The notes under the pieces were generated by a model that had not been told where the DNA came from, did no database searches, and saw nothing but the letters and a program-made list of their open reading frames with translations. Positions 9,630 through 17,389 of a stretch of DNA of 40,000 nt are shown here, piece after piece. How positions within the stretch are numbered: position 1 is the first letter of the stretch; every line of letters starts with the position of its first letter. Source of the stretch: Acerihabitans arboris (lineage in GTDB: Bacteria; Pseudomonadota; Gammaproteobacteria; Enterobacterales; Enterobacteriaceae); contig NZ_WUBS01000014.1 of NCBI RefSeq assembly GCF_010131535.1, positions 93,216 through 133,215 on the forward strand, in the 5' to 3' direction. The position numbers and the translations under genes are program-made.

Positions 9630-11027
9630 TTATTTGCTTTCGACGCCCGTCGCCTGCCGACGGTGCTGCAACGGCAGCCACATAACCAGCCGCAGCCCGC
9701 CCAGCGGGCTATCTTCCGCTTTAACCCATCCGTGATGTTGCTCAACCGCTTTTTCTACGATCGCCAGGCCGAGTCCCGAGCCGCCGGAGGCGCGATCGCG
9801 CGCTTCATCGGTACGATAGAACGGCCGGAAAATCTGCTCCCGGTCTTCAGCGCTGACGCCCGGCCCGTCGTCATCGACGGTGATGGTGACGCCGAGCTGA
9901 TCGGCGGTGAACGCCACCGATATCTGCTGGTTCGAGTAACGCAGGGCGTTACGCACGACATTTTCCAGTGCGCTGTCGAGCGCGGCGGGATTACACACCA
10001 GCATCCAGTTTTCGGGCGGGGCGGTGATTTGCAGGTTTTTGCCCATCTGCTCGGCTTCGAATTTGGCATCGTCCAACACATCGCTCCACAGATCGCTGGC
10101 CGTGACGTATTCGCGGGTTAACTCATTCTTATGCTGATTGCGTGACAGGACCAGCAAATCGTTAATCATGGAGTCCAGGCGCTGAGCTTCGGTTTCAATG
10201 CGGGCCAGCTCATGGCCTTCGCCATGCTTGCGCCGCATCAGGGCGGTAGCCAACTGCAAACGCGTCAGGGGGGTACGCAGCTCGTGGGAGATATCGGACA
10301 GCAGGCGTTGCTGCGCATTCACCATTCTTTCCAGGGCGCTGACCATTTGGTTAAAACTGACGCCGGTGGCTAAAAACTCCTGGGGGCCGGCTTCCAGCTC
10401 CGGATGCTGGCGTAAATTACCCCGGGCCACCTCATCGGCGGCATGTTTGAGCTTACGCGCCGGTTTCGCCAGGCTCCAGGCCAGCCAGAGCAACAGGGGA
10501 ATGCTGATAAGCATCGTGACAATCAGCAACAGCAGCGGCCGATCGAACATCAGGCTGATGAAGTCAGATTGTGAATTACCGGCGGGACGAATTTGATAAA
10601 GCTGATAGTTATCCTCCCCGTCGCGCACCGGGAACGGACCGACCAATTCCACGCGGCCATATTTTTTCTTTTGCGGATGGTCGGAGTTATCGGACTGGCC
10701 GATAAAGTTACGGATAACCTGCATTTCATTACGCTGGGCGCCGATAACCCGCCCCTCGCTGGTCACCAGTATCAAGCGTTGCCCAGGGGGTGCCCACTTA
10801 TCGATGGAGCGAAACAGCCGCCGCCACCACATCAGGTCGTTGGCCGGATCGCCGGCCAGCTCCGCTTCCACATGTTGTTGCAGCATGATGCCCTGGCGCT
10901 GTTCACTGTCGAGCAATGGCGTCAGCTGCCGTGAATCCAGCTTGGGCACCATCAGCACCAACATCAGCACCAACGCCAGGGTTAGCCAGAAAATGGCAAA
11001 AATCCTGGCGGTTAAGCTGTTTATCAT
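9630..11027 (-). CDS. cpxA: Envelope-stress sensor histidine kinase CpxA
   Basis: From the ATG at 11027 the protein reads [34 protein letters not shown], with an H-box [14 protein letters not shown] and a G-box [10 protein letters not shown]. It overlaps the cpxR stop by ATGA (11024-11027). Confidence 0.95.
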   Translation of the reverse strand: MINSLTARIFAIFWLTLALVLMLVLMVPKLDSRQLTPLLDSEQRQGIMLQQHVEAELAGDPANDLMWWRRLFRSIDKWAPPGQRLILVTSEGRVIGAQRNEMQVIRNFIGQSDNSDHPQKKKYGRVELVGPFPVRDGEDNYQLYQIRPAGNSQSDFISLMFDRPLLLLIVTMLISIPLLLWLAWSLAKPARKLKHAADEVARGNLRQHPELEAGPQEFLATGVSFNQMVSALERMVNAQQRLLSDISHELRTPLTRLQLATALMRRKHGEGHELARIETEAQRLDSMINDLLVLSRNQHKNELTREYVTASDLWSDVLDDAKFEAEQMGKNLQITAPPENWMLVCNPAALDSALENVVRNALRYSNQQISVAFTADQLGVTITVDDDGPGVSAEDREQIFRPFYRTDEARDRASGGSGLGLAIVEKAVEQHHGWVKAEDSPLGGLRLVMWLPLQHRRQATGVESK

Positions 11028-11722
11028 GCGGCGGAAACCATCAGGTAGCCTCTTCCCCGCAGGGTTTTGAACCACGGGTGTCCGTCCCTGCGCTCCGGCA
11101 GCTTACGCCGTAGGTTGGAGATATGCATGTCGATCGCCCGGTCGAACGGCGTCAGGCGTTTGCCCAACACCTCCTGGCTCAGGTGCTCACGGGACACCAC
11201 CTGTCCCAGATGCTGGGCCAGCAGGTAAAGCAGGGTGAACTCCGTACCGGTCAGCTCAAGCGCCACGCCGTCGAACGTCGCTTCCTGCCGGCCGGGGTTG
11301 AGGCGTAAAAAATCCACTTCCAGCGCGGGCGTGCCGGTATCACCGGCCTGCTGCTGCTCGGTCCAGTGCGAACGGCGTAAGATCGCCCTGATCCGCGCCA
11401 CCAGCTCGCGATCGTTAAACGGTTTGGGCAAATAGTCATCCGCGCCCAGCTCCAGCCCCAGCACCCGATCCAGTTCGCTGCCGCGCGCAGTCAGCATAAT
11501 GACCGGTGTCTGGTGTTGCTGGCGTAATTCCTTCAGCGTATCGATACCGTTTTTACGGGGCATCATCACATCAAGCAATAAGAGATCCACCGAGCTGTCC
11601 AGCATATTCAAGGCCTGCTCGCCGTCGTAGGCGACCAGGACGTCAAAACCTTCCATCTCGAGCAATTCTTTTAACAAAGCCGTTAATTCACGGTCGTCAT
11701 CAACCAAAAGGATTTTATTCAT
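11024..11722 (-). CDS. cpxR: Envelope-stress response regulator CpxR (OmpR family)
   Basis: 232 aa starting MNKILLVDDDRELT, with a receiver domain plus a winged-helix C-terminus. It is translationally coupled to cpxA. Confidence 0.95.
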   Translation of the reverse strand: MNKILLVDDDRELTALLKELLEMEGFDVLVAYDGEQALNMLDSSVDLLLLDVMMPRKNGIDTLKELRQQHQTPVIMLTARGSELDRVLGLELGADDYLPKPFNDRELVARIRAILRRSHWTEQQQAGDTGTPALEVDFLRLNPGRQEATFDGVALELTGTEFTLLYLLAQHLGQVVSREHLSQEVLGKRLTPFDRAIDMHISNLRRKLPERRDGHPWFKTLRGRGYLMVSAA

Positions 11723-11775
11723 TTTTATTCACCTCATGATGCAAAATACGTCATCAATCACTACCAATCCATGAC

Positions 11776-11790
11776 TTTACGTAGCTTTAC
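11776..11790. promoter_or_regulatory. CpxR binding box in the cpxR/cpxP divergent control region
   Basis: The plus strand reads TTTAC-GTAGC-TTTAC, which is GTAAA-N5-GTAAA on the other strand. This is the published CpxR consensus. It is located between the divergent cpxR and cpxP genes. Confidence 0.75.
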
Positions 11791-11871
11791 ATCCCCTGAC
11801 GCATGTTTGCAGCGGCCTCAGTAGAATGACTTCATGGTTAAGCAACAACGAAAAGGGTCAAGGGGTTAAGG

Positions 11872-12363
11872 ATGCACAAACTTAACGTATTAGTCATCGC
11901 CGCCGCCCTGGCAACAGGAAGCACCATGGCTGGCGAAAAGACTGCTACGGAAGGTTGGCATCACGATGATATCGCCGGTCGGCTTAGCGATAGTCATTAC
12001 AGCATGTTTGACGGCGTCAGGCTCACCGAGCAACAGCGGCAACAAATGCGTGATTTAATGAGCCAGGCCCGGCTTGCAGCACCCCGACTTAATATTAGCG
12101 AAATGGAACGGCTGCATACATTGGTGACAGCGGAAACTTTCGATGAACCGGCTGTCCGGGCCCAGACGGAAAAAATGGCGCAACAGCAGGTGATTCGCCA
12201 GGTTGAAATGGCCAAGGTGCGCAACCAAATGTACAACCTGCTGACGCCCGAGCAAAGACAAATTTTGAATCAAAAACATCAGCAGCGCATCGCCGAAATC
12301 CAGCTGCAGATGGCGGAAATGACCCAAACTTCTACCCAGAAGCCAGTGTTGAGTAATGAGTAG
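11872..12363 (+). CDS. cpxP: Periplasmic adaptor/inhibitor of the Cpx response, CpxP
   Basis: 163 aa with a signal peptide and LTxxQ-type motifs (LTEQQRQQM and LTPEQRQIL). It is divergent from cpxRA and has a CpxR box upstream. Confidence 0.9.
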   Translation: MHKLNVLVIAAALATGSTMAGEKTATEGWHHDDIAGRLSDSHYSMFDGVRLTEQQRQQMRDLMSQARLAAPRLNISEMERLHTLVTAETFDEPAVRAQTEKMAQQQVIRQVEMAKVRNQMYNLLTPEQRQILNQKHQQRIAEIQLQMAEMTQTSTQKPVLSNE

Positions 12364-12420
12364 CAACGTGATGTGTAGTGATGTAGAGAGTACAGTAACG
12401 CGTAAATAGTGCATTCCCTT

Positions 12421-12477
12421 TTTTCCTTGCCATAGACACCATCCCTGTCTTCCCCGCCCACAAGGCGGGTTTTTTTT
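12421..12477 (+). ncRNA. cpxQ: Probable CpxQ sRNA (processed 3'UTR of the cpxP mRNA, including its terminator)
   Basis: This is the last 57 nt or so of the cpxP transcript: UUUUCCUUGCCAUAGACACCAUCCCUGUCUUCC, followed by a GC hairpin and a U-run. The position matches the Salmonella/E. coli CpxQ as I remember it, and the conserved core seems to as well. The 5' end is not determinable from sequence. Confidence 0.5.
12453..12477 (+). terminator. Rho-independent terminator of cpxP/CpxQ
   Basis: CCCGCC-cacaa-GGCGGG hairpin followed by T8. Confidence 0.85.
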
Positions 12478-12517
12478 CAATGACTTAAAAAATAAAACCT
12501 TCTAAATCAATAGTATT

Positions 12518-12536
12518 AAGCATTTGCAAGCATTTG
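12518..12536. repeat. Tandem 10-bp direct repeat AAGCATTTG(C/T) x2 in the attL arm
   Basis: AAGCATTTGC AAGCATTTGT, read directly. It lies between the host terminator and the int stop. It may be a binding site for a recombination accessory protein (Cox or IHF type). Confidence 0.4.
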
Positions 12537-12549
12537 TAGCCATCTGGAA

Positions 12550-12598
12550 TGTGGTCAAAAATGGACGAAATTCCGCGAGTGTGGACAATATGTGGACA
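12550..12598. repeat. Three direct copies of TGTGG(T/A)CA, candidate integrase arm-type sites
   Basis: TGTGGTCA at 12550-12557, and TGTGGACA at 12580-12587 and 12591-12598. The last two are 11 bp apart start to start. The motif equals the arm-site consensus I recall for P2 Int (TGTGGACA). The repeats lie immediately 3' of int. Confidence 0.55.
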
Positions 12599-12601
12599 CT
12601 T

Positions 12602-13585
12602 TTAAATGCTTAATTTTCCGTGCAACGGATTGAGATTTACGGCATTTTTCAAATAATCGGGCGCCAGGTGCGCATACGCCATGGTTTGCTGAATGCTCGC
12701 GTGCCCCAAAATTTGCTGTAATGCCACGATATTACCGCCGTTCATCATAAAATGACTGGCAAACGTATGCCGCAACACATGAGACGCCTGCCCTTTTGGT
12801 AGCGCTGGTTTTACCAAACGGAGCGTGTTACAGAACGCCTCATAATCCACCTTGAACAATCCTCCAAAATCTTGTTTTCTAATCTCCTGCTCAAGCTCAA
12901 CGGAGATCGGGATCATTCGATTTTTTCCATTCTTAGTATCAAGGAACGTAACCCGTCCATTTGCGACTTGTTCGGCCCTCAAGCTGCTCGCCTCGCCCCA
13001 GCGCGCCCCGGTGCTTAAGCAAAGCAACGCTAAACGCAGCGCATCCCCAGATAACACCTCAAGCAGTTTTTTGATTTCAGGCTTTGACAAAAAAGTCATG
13101 GCCGGCTGCTTTTCCGCCAGGGGCGGCAATCCTTTAAATGGATTGGGGCAATCCAGTACCTCCACCTTGATCAGCGCGGAGAACAGGCCGGAAATTCGGT
13201 AAATATCGCGGTTGATGGTAGCCGCGCTAATTCCCCCGATCAGTCGCTGGGTGCGATGCTCAAGGATAACGCGCTTATTCAACCGATTGATCTCTGGATC
13301 TCCAAATTGGATCACAGTCTTGTTTAATTGCCGTCGTTCAATGATGCCGTTTTTCAGATTCTGTCCATGGTATAGCCACCATAGTTCCAAAATTTCGCTA
13401 AGTTTCCGCCGCTCTATTCCTGCACCGCTTTGCCATTCCTTTTTACTCACATTTGCCAAGGTGTAGCGCTCAAATGCCACCGCCTCGCCTTTCTTTTCAA
13501 ACCGCCGCCGGATGCGTTTTCCATCGCGCCCGCCCAGCCTTATGTCCACTTCATATAGATCATCATCGAGCTTCTTAATTGACAT
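12602..13585 (-). CDS. int: Tyrosine integrase (P2/186 type)
   Basis: From the ATG at 13585, preceded by a GGAGGG SD, the protein reads MSIKKLDDDLYEVDIRLGGRDGKRIRRRFEKKGEAVAFERY. The C-terminal catalytic region contains HVLRHTFASHFMMNGG...LGHASIQQTMAYAH (R..HxxR..Y). The track start at 13630 is an extension. Confidence 0.9.
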   Translation of the reverse strand: MSIKKLDDDLYEVDIRLGGRDGKRIRRRFEKKGEAVAFERYTLANVSKKEWQSGAGIERRKLSEILELWWLYHGQNLKNGIIERRQLNKTVIQFGDPEINRLNKRVILEHRTQRLIGGISAATINRDIYRISGLFSALIKVEVLDCPNPFKGLPPLAEKQPAMTFLSKPEIKKLLEVLSGDALRLALLCLSTGARWGEASSLRAEQVANGRVTFLDTKNGKNRMIPISVELEQEIRKQDFGGLFKVDYEAFCNTLRLVKPALPKGQASHVLRHTFASHFMMNGGNIVALQQILGHASIQQTMAYAHLAPDYLKNAVNLNPLHGKLSI

Positions 13586-13651
13586 GATGAAGCCCTCCGA
13601 CATAACTATCATTTTGAAAATCAATATCAAAAAGGTAAATAATGTAAATGT

Positions 13652-13945
13652 TTAGCCAACATTGCTGCCTGATTGGTGTGATTTTGTTTCGGTTTGCCCA
13701 GAGTGTGCGACGGCCGGTGCAATCTGACCGGCTTCAGGGGCTATTTTGTCTGTCATCAACCAAAGAGTATATTTCTCGAATTGATGATGTTGCGTAAGTG
13801 TTGTTAACGTTATCCATCCTGGCTCGTTATGTCCCCCTTCAAGTTTTTTCAATGTACTAATCGGTATGCCCATGATTTTACAGAATTGAGACTGGCTTAA
13901 GCCTTCCGCTGCTCGTATCGCTTTCAATTTTTCGGAAATATGCAT
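13652..13945 (-). CDS. Immunity repressor, P2 C-like HTH protein
   Basis: 97 aa with an N-terminal HTH (LSQSQFCKIMGIPISTLKKLEGG). The C-terminal FEKYTLWLMTDKIAPEAGQIAPAVAHSGQ resembles the P2 C repressor as I recall it. It lies between int and a divergent cox. Confidence 0.8.
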   Translation of the reverse strand: MHISEKLKAIRAAEGLSQSQFCKIMGIPISTLKKLEGGHNEPGWITLTTLTQHHQFEKYTLWLMTDKIAPEAGQIAPAVAHSGQTETKSHQSGSNVG

Positions 13946-14003
13946 TGACTTGGTTCCGAGAGTTATCCTAATATTCGCCCACGAGGTCCCATAATCGGAA
14001 CCA
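13945..14003 (+). promoter_or_regulatory. Candidate early (Pe-like) promoter and operator pair of the immunity switch
   Basis: TTGACT at 13945-13950, an 18-bp spacer, then TAATAT at 13969-13974. This is flanked by a perfect 9-bp inverted repeat: TGGTTCCGA (13951-13959) and TCGGAACCA (13995-14003). Confidence 0.4.
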
Positions 14004-14085
14004 GTACAGGCGCAGAAATCCGCCGCTTACACAGGTAGCTATAAGCCTCTGTAAGCATCTGGCGGATCAGAGGAGATTATCATAA

Positions 14086-14358
14086 ATGAACAAAGAGGCT
14101 TACGAAATTCGCTATCCGCTGGATGCCGTCCCGCTCCGAAAATTCGCGGAGTTAATTGGTAAAACGGAGACAGCTGTCAAAAACATGGTTGAGGACGGGA
14201 AATTGCCTCTCATTCCCTGGAAAAACCCGGACAATCCGGCGCCACGTCGTGGCGAGCAATGGGTGTTCCTTCCTGAGTTCAACCGCGCCATGCATGACGC
14301 TTTTGCTAACCGGCCAAAAGAACAGCGCGACGCCTGGCTGTTATGGCTCGGTTTGTAA
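14086..14358 (+). CDS. cox: Cox-like excisionase / early-switch regulator
   Basis: 90 aa. The segments FAELIGKTETAVKNMVEDGKLPLIP, EQWVFLPEFN and RPKEQRDAWLLWLGL are colinear with P2 Cox as I recall it. It is the first gene of the rightward early operon. Confidence 0.8.
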   Translation: MNKEAYEIRYPLDAVPLRKFAELIGKTETAVKNMVEDGKLPLIPWKNPDNPAPRRGEQWVFLPEFNRAMHDAFANRPKEQRDAWLLWLGL

Positions 14359-14374
14359 GAGAGGGGTAGAAAAT

Positions 14375-14656
14375 ATGAAATCGGCTATTCGCGCTTTGAC
14401 TAATCAGATATTGGAGCGGCACGCGGTACGTATGACCGAACCAAACGCGCCGCTTATCGATCAGCGGTATAGGCCCGCTCTACCTTGGCAGCGGTCTGCG
14501 ATTATCGCTACTCGCTGCGACTTAAGTTCTTTGGCTACCGTCGCGTTCAGCATTTCCGATCCGGATGCCGAAAGGCTGGCCGCCATGGTCGCTGAATTCA
14601 AAATAACCAGCATCCCTCCACAGCCCTTTGCCGATGATGAACAGGGGGCCGCATGA
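14375..14656 (+). CDS. Hypothetical early protein (93 aa)
   Basis: ATG at 14375 preceded by GAGGGG. The upstream part of the track ORF (14156-) overlaps cox out of frame, so I reject it. It ends with an ATGA overlap to the next ORF. Confidence 0.6.
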   Translation: MKSAIRALTNQILERHAVRMTEPNAPLIDQRYRPALPWQRSAIIATRCDLSSLATVAFSISDPDAERLAAMVAEFKITSIPPQPFADDEQGAA

Positions 14657-14850
14657 ACAAATGCCCGTCATTATCATCGTTACTGGTGAACCATCAGCGC
14701 CCGGCCCGCTGGGCCGCCGCCGGCTTTTGGGTGGATTTGCCAAACGGCCGCAAATTTGTTTCTGATCCCAACGTCCCGTTTATGCGCGCGCCAGGCAAAG
14801 CCCCGGCCCGCCCGCGTTGGTTCGCCTGGTTAATGGGAATATGCGCCTAA
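14653..14850 (+). CDS. Hypothetical early protein (65 aa)
   Basis: ATGA start/stop overlap with the previous ORF. No family recognised. Confidence 0.45.
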   Translation: MNKCPSLSSLLVNHQRPARWAAAGFWVDLPNGRKFVSDPNVPFMRAPGKAPARPRWFAWLMGICA

Positions 14851-14862
14851 TTGAGGTGTCCT

Positions 14863-15222
14863 ATGCAATCTAATCAAGCTGTGGAAAAAATGCCATTTAA
14901 AGAATTCGCGATCGACTGGCGCCGCAAAGCTAAGATATCAAGTAACGAGGCCGCCAGAAATTTTAATAAAAATCCATCGTCTGAAAAAGTGGGCGATGAA
15001 ACCGGCGATGCAAACCGGGAAATGATTTTATTTCGCGCTAATCGCATCGCAAAACAGAACGGCTTAAAACGGCCTTTCGTGGCGGGCGATGCCGCGAAAC
15101 GATTCGAGGATTTCACCGAGGCCCAACGCGAGCTCATTATATACGCCCTAAATGAGATCGGATCATTTGGGCGTGCTTTACCTCCATTCATATCAATAGC
15201 TGACTGCCGCTTAAATCTTTAG
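14863..15222 (+). CDS. Hypothetical early protein (119 aa)
   Basis: ATG at 14863 preceded by GAGGTG (14853-14858). The track start at 14851 is a TTG codon inside that SD. No family recognised. Confidence 0.6.
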   Translation: MQSNQAVEKMPFKEFAIDWRRKAKISSNEAARNFNKNPSSEKVGDETGDANREMILFRANRIAKQNGLKRPFVAGDAAKRFEDFTEAQRELIIYALNEIGSFGRALPPFISIADCRLNL

Positions 15223-15292
15223 CGACATTTAAAAAACAAAGGTGCCTTTAATAAGCGCGCCGGACCTCGTTCGCCTCAATTAAGGAGTTGAT

Positions 15293-15427
15293 ATGTTAGA
15301 AGGCATATTCAGCAAACATCTATGTAGGCATGCTGCTCTGTACGTAATTATTTTTAGTGCAGCAATTTGGATCGTAGGCAGCGCCGCTGTTGTGGCGTTA
15401 TATAAATTTATAGAGGCATTAAAATGA
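15293..15427 (+). CDS. Small hydrophobic peptide, 44 aa, not in the ORF track
   Basis: AAGGAG (15282-15287), 5 nt, then ATG at 15293. Translation is MLEGIFSKHLCRHAALYVIIFSAAIWIVGSAAVVALYKFIEALK, with one predicted TM helix. Its TGA overlaps the ATG of the next ORF (ATGA at 15424-15427). Confidence 0.55.
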   Translation: MLEGIFSKHLCRHAALYVIIFSAAIWIVGSAAVVALYKFIEALK

Positions 15428-16047
15428 GTCTCACTACTAGCGAAATATTGCGTAACTCGCAGCGGACTTTGTGGCTTACGATTGATGGAATTAAGTCGGC
15501 CATTAATGTAAATACTGAGACAGCGATACTTGCGGGGCATGATGTTAAAAATATCGAAGGTGCGTTAAGTAATGTTGCTGAGATGATTTATAAAATATCT
15601 CGGGATCTGGATAACCTGTCGCAAGAAAATGCGAAGCTGAATAAAGAATATAACCGCCTAAAAAATTACGAAGCCTCTTTCGATTCGGTTATTTTTGCAA
15701 TCACAGGAACGGAAGCCGGACAAGAGGTTATCGACGATGTTGATGTTGAGATCCTAACTAAAAACGCTATCGACGCTGTGCGGCAGCTTGAATCGGAACG
15801 GCTACAGGCGGTGCGTGCCTTGAATGCACCCACGCCCATTTGTGAGGAATTGCCGGCCAGGCCATTTGATAGCGCCCAGGCTTGCGCCATTAAGGCCGCC
15901 GCAGTATATGACGCCGCCAATGATATTAAGCTTGTGTTGTTATGTGCCGCCAGGCTTAAGGGATTGCAAGTCGAGGCTGCGCCGCTGCTGGGCTTTCTGT
16001 TTTCTCGCGCGGATTATTATCGCCGCCAGGCGGAGGGCGCTCTATGA
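15424..16047 (+). CDS. Hypothetical protein, 207 aa, with a predicted coiled-coil segment
   Basis: It is translationally coupled at both ends: ATGA with the 44-aa ORF and ATGA with dam at 16044-16047. It has a heptad-like stretch, ISRDLDNLSQENAKLNKEYNRLKNYE. No family recognised. Confidence 0.7.
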   Translation: MSLTTSEILRNSQRTLWLTIDGIKSAINVNTETAILAGHDVKNIEGALSNVAEMIYKISRDLDNLSQENAKLNKEYNRLKNYEASFDSVIFAITGTEAGQEVIDDVDVEILTKNAIDAVRQLESERLQAVRALNAPTPICEELPARPFDSAQACAIKAAAVYDAANDIKLVLLCAARLKGLQVEAAPLLGFLFSRADYYRRQAEGAL

Positions 16048-16862
16048 ACCGCTCCCCGCTGAAGTGGGCCGGGTCAAAAGCCGGCGTTATGGACCAACTG
16101 ATTTATTTTTTGCCTACGGGAAACCGACTGGTTGAACCGTTCGTAGGTTCTGGCACAGTGTTTCTTAACACTGATTACAAAACCTATTTGCTCTGCGATA
16201 TTAACCCTGACCTGATTTTGTTTTTCATCAAAGTTAAAAATAGCATGGAAAAGTTGCTACGTTACGCGCGAGAGTTGTTCACTAATGGAAATACGCCGGA
16301 AAAATTTTATGAAATACGCACCGCTTTCAATAGCGGTAATTATTCGAGTTATCAAAAAGCCGCCATGTTTCTGTACCTGAATCGCCACTGCTTCAATGGG
16401 CTTTGTCGATATAGTGAATTGAGCGGGTTCAATGTGCCGTTTGGTAAATATAAACAGCCATATTTTCCCGATAAAGAGTTGCGCCTATTTTCTGAAAAAG
16501 CAAACGACACCGGCGCTGTTTTTTTATGCTGCGATTTTTCTGAATGCATTGAAATGGCGGGCGATGGTGATGTGATTTATGCCGATCCTCCCTATGTCCC
16601 AATCTCGGGGTCATCCTCATTTACTAAATACTATTCCTCTGAATTTGGATTGCCAGAACATGAACGGCTTTCTAATGAGCTGAGTTATGCGAAAACGCGC
16701 GGGTGCCGCATTGTGGCATCGAATAGCGAGGCCGCAATTAAAACGAAAATTTATAGCCAGTTCGAATGCGAAACTATAGACGCAAATCGTTCAATATCAC
16801 GCGCAACCGGAGTTGATAAAACGGCGAAAGAAGCGATTTTCACTACCACAAATAATATTTAA
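16044..16862 (+). CDS. dam: DNA adenine methyltransferase, Dam-like (D12 class N6-MTase)
   Basis: 272 aa. The N-terminus has LKWAGSK and EPFVGSGTVFLN (the AdoMet motif). A DPPY catalytic motif is at 16584-16595. Confidence 0.9.
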   Translation: MNRSPLKWAGSKAGVMDQLIYFLPTGNRLVEPFVGSGTVFLNTDYKTYLLCDINPDLILFFIKVKNSMEKLLRYARELFTNGNTPEKFYEIRTAFNSGNYSSYQKAAMFLYLNRHCFNGLCRYSELSGFNVPFGKYKQPYFPDKELRLFSEKANDTGAVFLCCDFSECIEMAGDGDVIYADPPYVPISGSSSFTKYYSSEFGLPEHERLSNELSYAKTRGCRIVASNSEAAIKTKIYSQFECETIDANRSISRATGVDKTAKEAIFTTTNNI

Positions 16863-16873
16863 GGCGGTGCCGT

Positions 16874-17389
16874 ATGAGTTATTACAAATACACGACTTCA
16901 ACCGTTTTGGGGGTCTGGGATGAGGTGGAACGGTTGGAGGCGGAATTTAAATCAAACTGTTCAATGTTCTGCGATCTGTTTGGCGGAAAGCCAGTCTATA
17001 AATACGACGTCACGAGGGTGTCATTTTACGGCATAAGTTTTGATGAGAGACCGTATCAAGACCCTGGCCTATGGACAAAAGGAGAGGCGAAAAGCCGATA
17101 CGCCTGCTGGCCGCGCAAAAAAGTGCCGGCCCCCCTAAAAGAGCAAAGCCGGGCATTGTTCGAGCTATGGCTCGACGAAATGCCGAACGGATATGTTGAT
17201 CGTGATTTGCTCAACAAGGCCATGGGTCTTGATTGGGGCATGCTCATCATTACCGGGTATGCAATGTTTCGCCATGAAGATGCCATTTACTTGCAAACAG
17301 ACGCCAAGCCGGAGAAGGGCGCCGGGGCGTCGGAAATTCTTGGTAGTGATTTTGACTTAGCGCGCGCCGCAGTAAGGAAGGCGGCATGA
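16874..17389 (+). CDS. Hypothetical protein (171 aa)
   Basis: Long ORF in the early operon, with an ATGA overlap to the next ORF at 17386-17389. No family recognised. Confidence 0.65.
   Translation: MSYYKYTTSTVLGVWDEVERLEAEFKSNCSMFCDLFGGKPVYKYDVTRVSFYGISFDERPYQDPGLWTKGEAKSRYACWPRKKVPAPLKEQSRALFELWLDEMPNGYVDRDLLNKAMGLDWGMLIITGYAMFRHEDAIYLQTDAKPEKGAGASEILGSDFDLARAAVRKAA

Noticed and set aside
12368-12384. A direct repeat, GTGATGT twice at 10-bp spacing, just after the cpxP stop.
   Set aside because: It is short and imperfect and lies inside the 3'UTR. I know of no associated function, and it is likely to be chance.
14156-14374. The upstream half of track ORF 14156-14656 (166 aa), overlapping cox in another frame.
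   Set aside because: It overlaps the clearly Cox-like ORF. A GAGGGG SD plus the ATG at 14375, just after the cox stop, gives a compact 93-aa gene consistent with the packing of the rest of the operon.
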